The notes beneath the pieces are model-generated. The model saw only the letters and a program-made list of their open reading frames with translations, had not been told where the DNA came from and did not search any database. Shown here one piece after another: positions 36,511 to 45,575 of a DNA stretch of 49,749 nucleotides. Origin of the DNA: Betaproteobacteria bacterium (GTDB taxonomy: Bacteria > Pseudomonadota > Gammaproteobacteria > Burkholderiales > SG8-41); assembly GCA_031381325.1 (NCBI GenBank), contig JANMXV010000743.1, positions 1-49,749 on the forward strand, in the 5' to 3' direction. The translations under genes were made by a program, and so were the position numbers. Within the stretch, counting starts at the first letter, position 1; every line of letters starts with the position of its first letter.

Positions 36511-38541
36511 CTACTTAAGTATCTGCACCAGATTATTAAAGTCATCCGTCCACAGACGCAAGCGTGGAATCGGGGTGATTTCACTGGTATTTTCTTTGAT
36601 CTTTTTATCCGCAAGCAGTTTCAGATTGCGTGTAACCAGCACCCAGTCGGTGCGCGAGGCGTCGCCGCCGGTGTCGTCATCGCTGATCAGCGCGGTTTGC
36701 AAATCGTACGTCTTCGCGATTTGCTCCACCACGGGTGATAGTTTCAGAAACCGATTGGTCACATGAAACGCCACCACGCCATCCGGCTTGATGTGCTTGA
36801 GATAAATGGCCAGCGCTTCTTTGGTAATCAAATGCACCGGAATCGCATCGCTGGAAAATGCGTCGATGGCGAGCACATCGTATTGCTGCGGCGCTTCGCG
36901 TTCCATGGTTAACCGTGCATCGCCCAGCACCGTATCGACCTGTCCTTTGCTGTCCGCAATAAACTTGAATTCACGGCGCGCAATTTCGATGACCCGCGGG
37001 TTGATTTCGTAAAAGCGCGTGACATCGCCTTTGCGGCCATAGCCGGCCAGGGTGCCGGTGCCCAGACCCACCACGCCGACGCGCGTCGGCCCCAGCGCCT
37101 GAAAATATTTCACCGCAAGTCCTACGCCGCTGGATTCGGTGTAATAGGTGGTGATGCGGCCGCGCTTGTCGGGATGCAGATATTGCTCGCCGTGCATGAT
37201 CACGCCGTGCATCAGGCGGCGCATCGCGGTTTCGCTGGTTTCCGGGCCGGTGTCCTTGACGCGCAACGTGCCGTAAAAATTGCGGCTCATCAAACGCGCA
37301 TCGTTGGATAGCGCATGAATATAGTGATAGACGTGATAGCCGGTAAAACCGGTCGCCACCAGCAACGCCATGGGTACCAGGCGCCGCCTGTCGGCAGTAA
37401 GACCGATGGCCAGATAAGCGGCCAACAGCAGCGTCACCACCAGCCCTATGCCGAATTCGTAATAGGTATTGAAAAACTTCGGCGCAATGAATCCCACCAC
37501 CACACCGCCCAGCGCGCCGCCCAGCGATACCATCAGGAAAAACGTCGTGAGGTAACGCGGCGCGGGCTTCATCGCCGCCAGTTCACCGTGGAAGAACATG
37601 CACATGATAAACAGTCCTGCGCTGAACAGCGGCACGGCGACCTTGAAATCCATGATGCCGCCTTCTTCGTGCATGAACCACGCCAGCGCGCACACCACCA
37701 CGATCAGCGGACCGATGAAGTAAAGTCGCTTATACCAGTTGCGTCCTTCGAAACACAGAATGAAGGTGATGAGGTAAATGGTCAGCGGCAGCAGCCACAG
37801 GAAAGGCACCGAGGCCACGTCGTGCGTGATGTGATTGGTTACCGCCAGCAGCATGAACGAACCCATCGCCGACAGTAGCAACCACATAGCGTAGTGCGCA
37901 AAGGCCGGCGCGGGGCCGTCGTCGGCTTTCCGCGCATCCGGGTTCGCTTGAGCCGCCGTATGCGCGCGCAGACTGTAGACGCCAGCGCCGATGCACACAA
38001 TCACGAACACCACGTACGCTACGCTCCAGCCGAAAGACTGGTGGTGCGTGGTGACCCACGGTTCAACCGCAAAAGGGTACAAGATCAGCGCCAGCAGCGA
38101 AGCAAAGTTCGACAACGCGAATAGCCGGTACACCGTGCCCGTGGTGTGTGCGCGTGCAAACCACGCTTGCACCAGCGGCCCCGTGGTCGACAGCAGAAAG
38201 TAGGGCAATCCGATGGTAAACGCGAGCAAGCCCAGTATGCGATAGGTCGGGTCTTCGTTGCCTGCCGGTTTCCATGACACATCGGGCAGTATCGGCAGAG
38301 AAGCGAGACTCACGATCAGCAGCACCGCGTGCAAAATCAACTGATTGCGCGGCGTCATCTTGCGCGTGGTGAAATCCGTATACGCGTAGCCGAAGAGCAA
38401 CAGAAACTGGAAGAACACCAAACACGTCGTCCACACCGCAGCCGAACCGCCGAACCACGGCAGTATTTGCTTCGCCAAAATGGGTTGGACCAGAAACAGC
38501 AGGAATGCGCTGGTAAAAATAGTGAGCGCGTAGAGAATCAT
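36511..38541 (-). CDS. Membrane-anchored spermidine-synthase-like (aminopropyltransferase family) protein
   Basis: 676-aa ORF. About 400 aa form a polytopic N-terminal domain. The C-terminal domain has VGVVGLGTGTLAGYG and DVLAIDAFSSDAIPVHL, a SpeE-like methyltransferase fold. Confidence 0.8.
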   Translation of the reverse strand: MILYALTIFTSAFLLFLVQPILAKQILPWFGGSAAVWTTCLVFFQFLLLFGYAYTDFTTRKMTPRNQLILHAVLLIVSLASLPILPDVSWKPAGNEDPTYRILGLLAFTIGLPYFLLSTTGPLVQAWFARAHTTGTVYRLFALSNFASLLALILYPFAVEPWVTTHHQSFGWSVAYVVFVIVCIGAGVYSLRAHTAAQANPDARKADDGPAPAFAHYAMWLLLSAMGSFMLLAVTNHITHDVASVPFLWLLPLTIYLITFILCFEGRNWYKRLYFIGPLIVVVCALAWFMHEEGGIMDFKVAVPLFSAGLFIMCMFFHGELAAMKPAPRYLTTFFLMVSLGGALGGVVVGFIAPKFFNTYYEFGIGLVVTLLLAAYLAIGLTADRRRLVPMALLVATGFTGYHVYHYIHALSNDARLMSRNFYGTLRVKDTGPETSETAMRRLMHGVIMHGEQYLHPDKRGRITTYYTESSGVGLAVKYFQALGPTRVGVVGLGTGTLAGYGRKGDVTRFYEINPRVIEIARREFKFIADSKGQVDTVLGDARLTMEREAPQQYDVLAIDAFSSDAIPVHLITKEALAIYLKHIKPDGVVAFHVTNRFLKLSPVVEQIAKTYDLQTALISDDDTGGDASRTDWVLVTRNLKLLADKKIKENTSEITPIPRLRLWTDDFNNLVQILK

Positions 38542-38702
38542 GATAGAATATGTAAGTTATTGTTTTTGTTGATATTTTTTGTTATTAGTGATGGGTTGCG
38601 GCGGGCATGAAGCAATCGCATAACGCCCGCCACGGACTTTCAGACGACATGTTTCAGCAACCGGCGCATTCTACCCTTACGACCACTGACCACACTATTC
38701 TC

Positions 38703-39584
38703 ATGAATTGCCGGCACGCGATATTGAAATGGCTGACTGCGCTGATGCTGTGCATTGCGCCGCTTGCAGCGCAAGCGCAATGTCCCGGCGAACAAACGAT
38801 GGCCGATGCCGCCACGCGCTGGATCGACAAACAGCCGCTGCGCGGATTTTTGCCATCGATGACAATGGCCGATGCGCAATGCGCACGTGACCGCTTCGTC
38901 GCGCAATTGCGAGCGAACAAACAATACGGCGGGCGCATCGTGGGTTACAAAGCGGCGCTCACCAACCCGGCTATTCAAAAAAGTTTCGGTGCGAGCGCGC
39001 CGGTGCGTGGCGTGCTGCTTTCGCGCATGCTCACCATGGAAACCGCGTTCCCCGTGAACGGCGATTTCGGCGCGCGGCCCGTGTTCGAAGCGGATTTGCT
39101 GGTGGAAGTGGGTGATGATGCGATCAACGAGGCGCGCACCCCGATGGAGGCGCTAAGAGCGCTGTCACGTGTGCATCCTTTTATCGAGTTGGCCGACTTG
39201 GTGGTGGCCGAGGGCGAACCGCTCAACGCGCCGGTGATCACCGCAATCAACGCCGGCGCGCGCAGCGGCATTTTCGGCCAGGGCATCGCAGTACAAGCCA
39301 CGCAGGCGTTTGCCGATGCGCTGCGCGACATGCGTGTCGTTATGACCGATGATCTGGGCACGGAACACGCCAACAGCCCCGGCTCGGCGATCCTCGGCCA
39401 TCCGCTCAATGCCGTGTTGTGGCTGGTTGACGATGTGCGCAAGAGCGGCGGGCGATTGCGCGTGGGTGACAGGCTGAGCCTGGGTTCGTTTTCCGCGCCG
39501 ATCACGCCCCAGCGTGAAATGCGTGTGAAAGTGCGCTACCTTGGGTTGCCGGGCGATCCCGAAATCAATATGCGGTTTCGGTAG
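38703..39584 (+). CDS. 2-keto-4-pentenoate hydratase-like (FAH fold) protein with a predicted signal peptide
   Basis: ATG at 38703 (MNCRHAILKWLTALMLCIAPLAAQAQ). IVGYKAALTNPAIQKSFG...PVRGVL and FEADLLVEVG resemble MhpD/HpcG-type hydratases. Confidence 0.65.
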   Translation: MNCRHAILKWLTALMLCIAPLAAQAQCPGEQTMADAATRWIDKQPLRGFLPSMTMADAQCARDRFVAQLRANKQYGGRIVGYKAALTNPAIQKSFGASAPVRGVLLSRMLTMETAFPVNGDFGARPVFEADLLVEVGDDAINEARTPMEALRALSRVHPFIELADLVVAEGEPLNAPVITAINAGARSGIFGQGIAVQATQAFADALRDMRVVMTDDLGTEHANSPGSAILGHPLNAVLWLVDDVRKSGGRLRVGDRLSLGSFSAPITPQREMRVKVRYLGLPGDPEINMRFR

Positions 39585-39655
39585 GCTGATGGCATTTTAC
39601 TTTCGGGTTATGGAAGATTGCGCGGTATGGTGACGACTGGCGTTAAGATACTGCT

Positions 39656-39756
39656 TTCCCTCACCCTCGGTCCCGGTGGGAGAGGGATGAAAAGCCCTTC
39701 TCCCTCCGGGACTCGGTATAGCACCCGGAGGGGTGGAAGGGTTGGGATGAGGGAAA
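39656..39756 (+). repeat. Structured GC-rich intergenic repeat element, copy 2
   Basis: Shares the blocks TTCCCTCACCCTCGGT, GGGAGAGGGATGAAAA, GCCCTTCT and GGGATGAGGGAAA with 23311-23393. The inner hairpins are longer and differ in sequence but are still self-complementary. Confidence 0.8.
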
Positions 39757-39817
39757 CGCTTTTAGATAGCACGATGGAATCAAAAAGCACAACCTATCAA
39801 GAATTCGCCATTCGTCC

Positions 39818-41728
39818 ATGAACACAACTTTATCCACCGATTACGAAGTCCTCGTCGACAGCAACGTCATGATCGCCGTGCGCGATGGCGTGAAGCTTGC
39901 CACCGACATCTATCGTCCCGCTCGCAACGGCAAAGCGGTCGACGGCAGATTCCCGGTCATTCTCGAACGCACGCCGTATGGCAAAACGCGCGCGTCGCGC
40001 TCCGAGGTGGATCGCGGCGAAACCCAGCCGCGATTGCGTCCGGAAGTCGCAGCGATATTCGTGCGCGCGGGTTACATCGTGATCTATCAGGATTGCCGCG
40101 GGCGGCATGCCTCCGAAGGCGAGTTTGTCAAATATCTGAGCGACGGCGAAGACGGCCTGGATACCGTCAACTGGATAGCAGCGCAGCCGTGGTGCAACGG
40201 CAAGGTGGCGACTATAGGGCTGTCGTACGCCGCGCATACACAAGTGTCGCTGGCGTGCCTCGCGCCGCAAGCATTGTCTGCGATGGTGATCGACTGCGGC
40301 GGGTTCTCCAACGCCTACCAGTCCGGTATTCGCAGCGGCGGCGCGTTTGAGATGAAGCAAGTGACGTGGGCGTTCAATCAGGCGAAAGAAAGTCCGCTTG
40401 CGCAGTCGGATTTGCGTGTACGCGAGGCGCTGGCCGCCGAAGACCTGATCGAATGGTTCAAGCGCATGCCGTGGAAGCCGGGCCACTCGCCGGTGCGCTG
40501 GGCGCCGGAGTACGAGGACTATCTGTTCGAACAATGGACGCATGGCGAATTCAGCGATTACTGGAAGCAGCTCGGCATTTACACCGAAGGCTGGTATCAG
40601 CAGTTTGCCGATGTGCCGCAGATACATATGTCGAGCTGGTACGACGCGTATATTCGCACCGCGACCGACAATTATGTGGGCCTCAAGCAACGCAAGCGCG
40701 GCCCGGTGCGCCTCATCATGGGGCCGTGGACCCACGGAGACCGTTCGAAATCCTGGTCGGGCGATGTCGATTTCGGCGAGGCTTCGACCATTGACGGCAA
40801 TCTCGCCCGGAACTGGTGCGAGTTACGCCGGCGCTGGTTCGATCACTGGGTGCAAGGCGTTGCGAATGGCGTGGATAAAGAGCCGGCGGTGCGCCTGTTC
40901 CTGATGGGCGGCGGGTCGGGACGCAGGAATGCAGCTGGGCGAATGCAGCATGGCGGTCGCTGGATTGTGGGCGAAGACTGGCCGCTGCCTGCGGTCAGGT
41001 TCACGCCATATTATTTGCAAGCCGATGGCCACTTATCAACAGAGAAGCCTGCAGCAAACGCTGCGCCGATCTCGTACAACTATGATCCGTCGAAGCCGGT
41101 GCCGACGATGGGCGGGCCGCTCACCTCGGGCCAGCCAGTGTTCGAGGGCGGCGCGTTTGATCAGCGCGAGCACGAGCGCTTTTTCGGCTGCAACAATCCC
41201 GGCATGCCGCTGTCCGCACGCGCCGATGTGTTGGTGTTCGAGACACCGCCGCTTACGCACGATGTGGCGGTGGCGGGGCCGATCACGATCAAGCTGCATG
41301 TGTCATCCAATGGTATCGACACTGATTTCACCGCGAAGTTGATCGACGTCTATCCGCCGAATGAAGACTATCCGCGCGGCTATGCGATGAATCTGTGCGA
41401 TGGCATTCTGCGTTGCCGTTACCGCGATTCGTGGGAAACGCCCGCGATGATGACACCCGGCGCGGTCTACGAAATTACTATCGAGCCGTTTGCCACCTGC
41501 AACCTGTTCAAGGCCGGCCATCGCATACGGCTTGATGTCTCATCAAGCAATTTCCCGCGCTATGACGTGAACTGGAATACCGGCGAGCCCGAAGGCCGTG
41601 CGCGCTTGCGGCGCGTTGCGACCAACACCGTCTACGTGGATCATGCGCGTGCCTCGCATGTGGTGCTGCCGCTGGTGGCGCTGGATGCGTTGCAACTGTT
41701 GCCGCCGCTCTCGCACACAGGACTATAA
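39818..41728 (+). CDS. CocE/NonD-family hydrolase (X-Pro dipeptidyl-peptidase S15-like)
   Basis: 636-aa ORF with DIYRPA....FPVILERTPYGK, WCNGKVATIGLSYAA (nucleophile region) and a C-terminal beta-sandwich domain. Confidence 0.85.
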   Translation: MNTTLSTDYEVLVDSNVMIAVRDGVKLATDIYRPARNGKAVDGRFPVILERTPYGKTRASRSEVDRGETQPRLRPEVAAIFVRAGYIVIYQDCRGRHASEGEFVKYLSDGEDGLDTVNWIAAQPWCNGKVATIGLSYAAHTQVSLACLAPQALSAMVIDCGGFSNAYQSGIRSGGAFEMKQVTWAFNQAKESPLAQSDLRVREALAAEDLIEWFKRMPWKPGHSPVRWAPEYEDYLFEQWTHGEFSDYWKQLGIYTEGWYQQFADVPQIHMSSWYDAYIRTATDNYVGLKQRKRGPVRLIMGPWTHGDRSKSWSGDVDFGEASTIDGNLARNWCELRRRWFDHWVQGVANGVDKEPAVRLFLMGGGSGRRNAAGRMQHGGRWIVGEDWPLPAVRFTPYYLQADGHLSTEKPAANAAPISYNYDPSKPVPTMGGPLTSGQPVFEGGAFDQREHERFFGCNNPGMPLSARADVLVFETPPLTHDVAVAGPITIKLHVSSNGIDTDFTAKLIDVYPPNEDYPRGYAMNLCDGILRCRYRDSWETPAMMTPGAVYEITIEPFATCNLFKAGHRIRLDVSSSNFPRYDVNWNTGEPEGRARLRRVATNTVYVDHARASHVVLPLVALDALQLLPPLSHTGL

Positions 41729-41766
41729 TCCGGCCCACGCACAAATCGTACTATCGGAGCATCGCC

Positions 41767-42927
41767 ATGGTTCCAGATATCGCCCCGCAAGCTCTTGTTA
41801 CACAACGCACCGCGACAAAACCGCTGATCATCAAACGCATCGACGCCAGTCCGATAGCGATCCCGCTGATCAAGCCCGTCATCATGGCGGGCGTGCGTAT
41901 CGACATTTCGTACAACTTGCTGGTGCGTGCCGAAGCCAGCAATGGACTGGTGGGCTGGGGCGAAGCGTCTGTCGCGCCGACGATGACCGGCGATGTGCTG
42001 CCCGGCATGGTGGCGGCGGTGAACGAACATCTCGCGCCGCTGGTAGTGGGCAAAGACGCGTTAAAGCGCGCCGAACTCGCGCACATCTGCGCCCACGCAC
42101 TGCATCACAACGGCGGTCCGAAATGCGCGGTGGATGCGGCGATTGCCGATCTCGTTGGGCGTCATCTCAACGTGTCGCTGTCGGATATGTACGGCGGTGC
42201 GCTGCGTGATTCAATGACCGCGATGTATCTGCTCGGCAATCCGAAAATAGAAGACGATATCGCCGAGACCCACAAAAAAATCAAGGAGGGCTACCGGTTT
42301 TTCAAGCTCAAAGTCGGCATCAAGAATCCGTTCGATGAAGCGGATGCTGCGGTGACCATACGCCGTGCGGTTGGCCGCGACGTGGTGCTGTGCGCCGACG
42401 CCAACATGGGCATGAATTTCCGCAACGCGCGTATTTTTGTCGAGCGCACGCGCGAGGCCGACCTGCTGTTTCTCGAACAGCCGCTGCGTGACGACGACTA
42501 CGACGGCATGGCAGCGCTGGCGCGCATTTCACCGATACCGTTGAATGGCGACGAAGCGCTGGGCAATGTCGCCACCATCATCGCCATGGCGCGCGCGGGT
42601 TCGATACAGGGCGCAAATCTGAAAACCATCAAACTCGGCGGCGTCAGCGCCACAGTGCATGCGATGTCGGTGTGCGGCGCGCTGGGGCTTAACATTAATC
42701 TTGCGTGCAAAGTGGCCGAGACCAGTGTGGGCGCCGCGACCATCATACACATGGGATGCGTTGCGCCCAATGTGAATTGGGGCGTGAGCATCACCAATCA
42801 TTATCTGGTCGACGACATCGTAAAAAACCCGATACGCATAGCCAACGGCAGGATGACGTGCCCGGCTGGTGCGGGGCATGGCGTCGAAGTCGATGAAGCG
42901 CAGGTTGCGCGATATTGTATAAAATAG
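41767..42927 (+). CDS. Enolase-superfamily enzyme (mandelate racemase / muconate lactonizing family)
   Basis: 386-aa ORF with GWGEA, FKLKVG, the metal-ligand region CADANMG...LEQP and NGDEA. Confidence 0.85.
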   Translation: MVPDIAPQALVTQRTATKPLIIKRIDASPIAIPLIKPVIMAGVRIDISYNLLVRAEASNGLVGWGEASVAPTMTGDVLPGMVAAVNEHLAPLVVGKDALKRAELAHICAHALHHNGGPKCAVDAAIADLVGRHLNVSLSDMYGGALRDSMTAMYLLGNPKIEDDIAETHKKIKEGYRFFKLKVGIKNPFDEADAAVTIRRAVGRDVVLCADANMGMNFRNARIFVERTREADLLFLEQPLRDDDYDGMAALARISPIPLNGDEALGNVATIIAMARAGSIQGANLKTIKLGGVSATVHAMSVCGALGLNINLACKVAETSVGAATIIHMGCVAPNVNWGVSITNHYLVDDIVKNPIRIANGRMTCPAGAGHGVEVDEAQVARYCIK

Positions 42928-42972
42928 CGCAGCGGTTGGATCAATTTAACTATTTGTTTTAAAGGAAATTTA

Positions 42973-43680
42973 GTGATAGACCTCTACACTTGGCCAACCC
43001 CCAATGGCCGCAAGATACACATCATGCTGGAAGAAACGGGGCTGCCGTACACCGTGCATCCGGTCAACACGCGCTTAGGCGACCAGTTCAAGCCCGAGTT
43101 TCTCAAGATCAATCCCAACAACAAGATTCCGGCGATCATTGATCGCAACGGGCCGGGCGACAAACCGTTTGCGCTGTTTGAATCCGGTGCGATTCTGATT
43201 TACCTCGCCGAGAAATCCGGAAAATTTCTGCCATACGAGCCCGTCGCGAAGTACACCACACTGCAATGGCTGATGTTCCAGATGGGCGGCGTCGGACCGA
43301 TGTTCGGCCAGGCCGGGCACTTTCGTTCGTCCACCAAAGAAAGGCAGCAATACGCCATCGACCGCTACACCAATGAAGTAAATCGCCTGCACAAGGTGAT
43401 GGACCAGCGGCTCGGCGAGACGGCCTATCTTGCCGGCAACAAGTACACGATTGCTGATATTGCCACCTGGCCGTGGGTTATCAATCCCGAACGGCGCGGC
43501 GTGGACATGGCGCTGTATCCCAATGTGCAGCGCTGGTTCGAGGAAATCCTCGCGCGTCCGGCCGTGCAACGCGGCCTCGCGCTGCTGGCAGATGAGCGCA
43601 AGGCGCATGATCGCGCGCCCACGGATGCCGAGCGCGAGATACTTTATGGCTCGGCGCAGGTTCGGCAGAGTGCGGCGTAG
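42973..43680 (+). CDS. Glutathione S-transferase (Nu-class, YfcG/YghU-like)
   Basis: GTG start. IDLYTWPTPNGRKIHIMLEETGLPYTVHPVN...GDQFKPEFLKINPNNKIPAIID......LFESGAILIYLAEK. Confidence 0.88.
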   Translation: MIDLYTWPTPNGRKIHIMLEETGLPYTVHPVNTRLGDQFKPEFLKINPNNKIPAIIDRNGPGDKPFALFESGAILIYLAEKSGKFLPYEPVAKYTTLQWLMFQMGGVGPMFGQAGHFRSSTKERQQYAIDRYTNEVNRLHKVMDQRLGETAYLAGNKYTIADIATWPWVINPERRGVDMALYPNVQRWFEEILARPAVQRGLALLADERKAHDRAPTDAEREILYGSAQVRQSAA

Positions 43681-43721
43681 CAGGGCGCAACCAAGCGCCA
43701 ATTTATAGAGGAGCAAGACTC

Positions 43722-44105
43722 ATGAACAACGACATCGGCAAACTAGTGTTGCGCCTGACTTTGGGCATTTTGATGCTGTTTCACGGCTACGCGAAAATCA
43801 CCAAAGGCGTGAGCGGCATCGAGGCGTCTCTGATCAGTATGGGGCTGCCCGCATGGGTGGCGTACGGCGTGTACATCGGCGAGGTCATCGCGCCGATACT
43901 GGTGATCCTCGGTTTTTACGCGCGCGCCGGTGGAGCGATTATTGCGGTTAACATGATCTTCGCGATCACACTGTCGCATTCCACCCAGTTGCTTGATCTG
44001 GGCAGGAGCGGCGGCTGGGCGTTGGAGCTGCAGGGTCTCTTTCTGTTCACGGGGCTGGTAGTCGCGCTCATCGGGCCGGGGCGCTTAGGCATCAACCAGC
44101 GCTGA
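43722..44105 (+). CDS. DoxX-family membrane protein
   Basis: 127-aa, 4-TM ORF with LVLRLTLGILMLFHGYAKI..., typical of DoxX. Confidence 0.8.
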   Translation: MNNDIGKLVLRLTLGILMLFHGYAKITKGVSGIEASLISMGLPAWVAYGVYIGEVIAPILVILGFYARAGGAIIAVNMIFAITLSHSTQLLDLGRSGGWALELQGLFLFTGLVVALIGPGRLGINQR

Positions 44106-44200
44106 CGCGCGGCGGGGAATGCCGCGCCTTTGCATCGCGGGGCCGAGACGTATTTGCTGACCTGATCTACACGATGGGCACTGTCCCAGGGGAGTAAAGC

Positions 44201-45184
44201 ATGACACAGCCAGACAAGATCAAGTATTCCGTGGTTGAAGGATGGGAGCAACTGCCCAAGGACTTTGAACACCGCGACGTGGCCGGTGTCGCCGTGGATG
44301 GCGAAGATCGCGTATATCTGATCTGTCGCGGCGAAAACCCGGTGATTATTTATGACCAGAAAGGCAATTTCATACGCACCTGGGGCAAAGGCGATTTCAC
44401 CTATCGCACGCACGGCATCAGTGTTCATCCCAACGGCACGATTTTCTGCACCGACGACGGTAATCACACGGTGCGCCAGTACACGCCCGAGGGTAAATTG
44501 CTGATGACGATGGGCATCATGAACACACCCTCCGATACGGGTTACGACGGCAAGACCACGCCATCGGTAGCGCGCGCGGCGGGTCCTTTCAATCGCCCGA
44601 CCAACATCGCGGTCGGCCCCAACGGCGATTACTATATTTCGGATGGCTACGGCAACGCGCGCGTGCATCGATTTTCGCCCACCGGGCAGTTGAAGCACTC
44701 GTGGGGCGAGCCCGGGCGTGGGCCGGGGCAGTTTTATCTGCCGCATGGCATAGCGTGCGATGCCGATGGCCGGGTGTACGTATGTGACCGCGAAAGTGAT
44801 CGCATCCAGATATTCAGTCCGGATGGCGAGTACCTCACCGAGTGGACGGATACCCAGCGCCCGACCCATCTGGTGTTCGACGCGCAGGGCCGCGCTTACG
44901 TGACCGAACTGTGGTGGCACATCGGGGATCATTCTTTTACGCATGGTCCGATTACCCAAGCGATGCATGCGCGGCTCAGCGTGTTCGACAAGGACGGCAA
45001 ACTGCTGTCGCGCATGGGAACGCCGGAGGCCACCGCACCGGGCAGCTTCGCTGCGCCGCATGGGCTGGCAGTCGATTCCAGGGGCGACGTGTACGTGAGC
45101 GAAGTGACCTGGACCTTCGCGGTCAGTCGCGGCCGCGCACCGGCGGATTGCCATACTTTCCAGAAGCTGACGCTCAACCACTAA
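44201..45184 (+). CDS. NHL-repeat beta-propeller protein (peptidyl-alpha-hydroxyglycine lyase-like)
   Basis: 327-aa ORF with repeated NHL-type blocks (PTNIAVGPNGDYYISDGYGNARVHRF, PHGIACDADGRVYVCDRESDRIQIF, PHGLAVDSRGDVYVSE). A paralogue starts at 48846. Confidence 0.8.
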   Translation: MTQPDKIKYSVVEGWEQLPKDFEHRDVAGVAVDGEDRVYLICRGENPVIIYDQKGNFIRTWGKGDFTYRTHGISVHPNGTIFCTDDGNHTVRQYTPEGKLLMTMGIMNTPSDTGYDGKTTPSVARAAGPFNRPTNIAVGPNGDYYISDGYGNARVHRFSPTGQLKHSWGEPGRGPGQFYLPHGIACDADGRVYVCDRESDRIQIFSPDGEYLTEWTDTQRPTHLVFDAQGRAYVTELWWHIGDHSFTHGPITQAMHARLSVFDKDGKLLSRMGTPEATAPGSFAAPHGLAVDSRGDVYVSEVTWTFAVSRGRAPADCHTFQKLTLNH

Positions 45185-45436
45185 GGTGATAGGCATGCTC
45201 GCGGCACGATGCGTACCGGTTCTGTCGCGCCTGCGGCTGTAGCTAAAGATGTGATTAATAGTTTGAGCGGCGCGATGCGCAAGGTGCTGCAAGCGCCTGA
45301 TGTGCGGCAGGGGTTGACGGAGCGCGGTTACAACATCATTGGCAGCACGCCGGAGCAGTACGCCGATAACATACGCAGCGAAATGGCGAAGTGGGAGAAC
45401 GTGGTTAAGAGCACGAATATGGCGCGCCTAAATTAG
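45185..45436 (+). pseudogene. 3'-terminal fragment of a Bug/TctC-family gene
   Basis: ...APAAVAKDVINSLSGAMRKVLQAPDVRQGLTERGYNIIGSTPEQYADNIRSEMAKWENVVKSTNM... matches only the last roughly 75 residues of Bug proteins. It begins immediately after the NHL gene stop. Confidence 0.7.
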
Positions 45437-45575
45437 GCACGCATGGGGTGCCGTGCTGAGGTATGTAGTTTGTACTGATCTCGTCCCCTGCGAGGTTGCC
45501 GCACTGAGCGGGGCGAGCGAGAACTGACTATTTCATATTGTTAAATCGCGCGTGCTGCCGAATCGGTGGCGAAGC

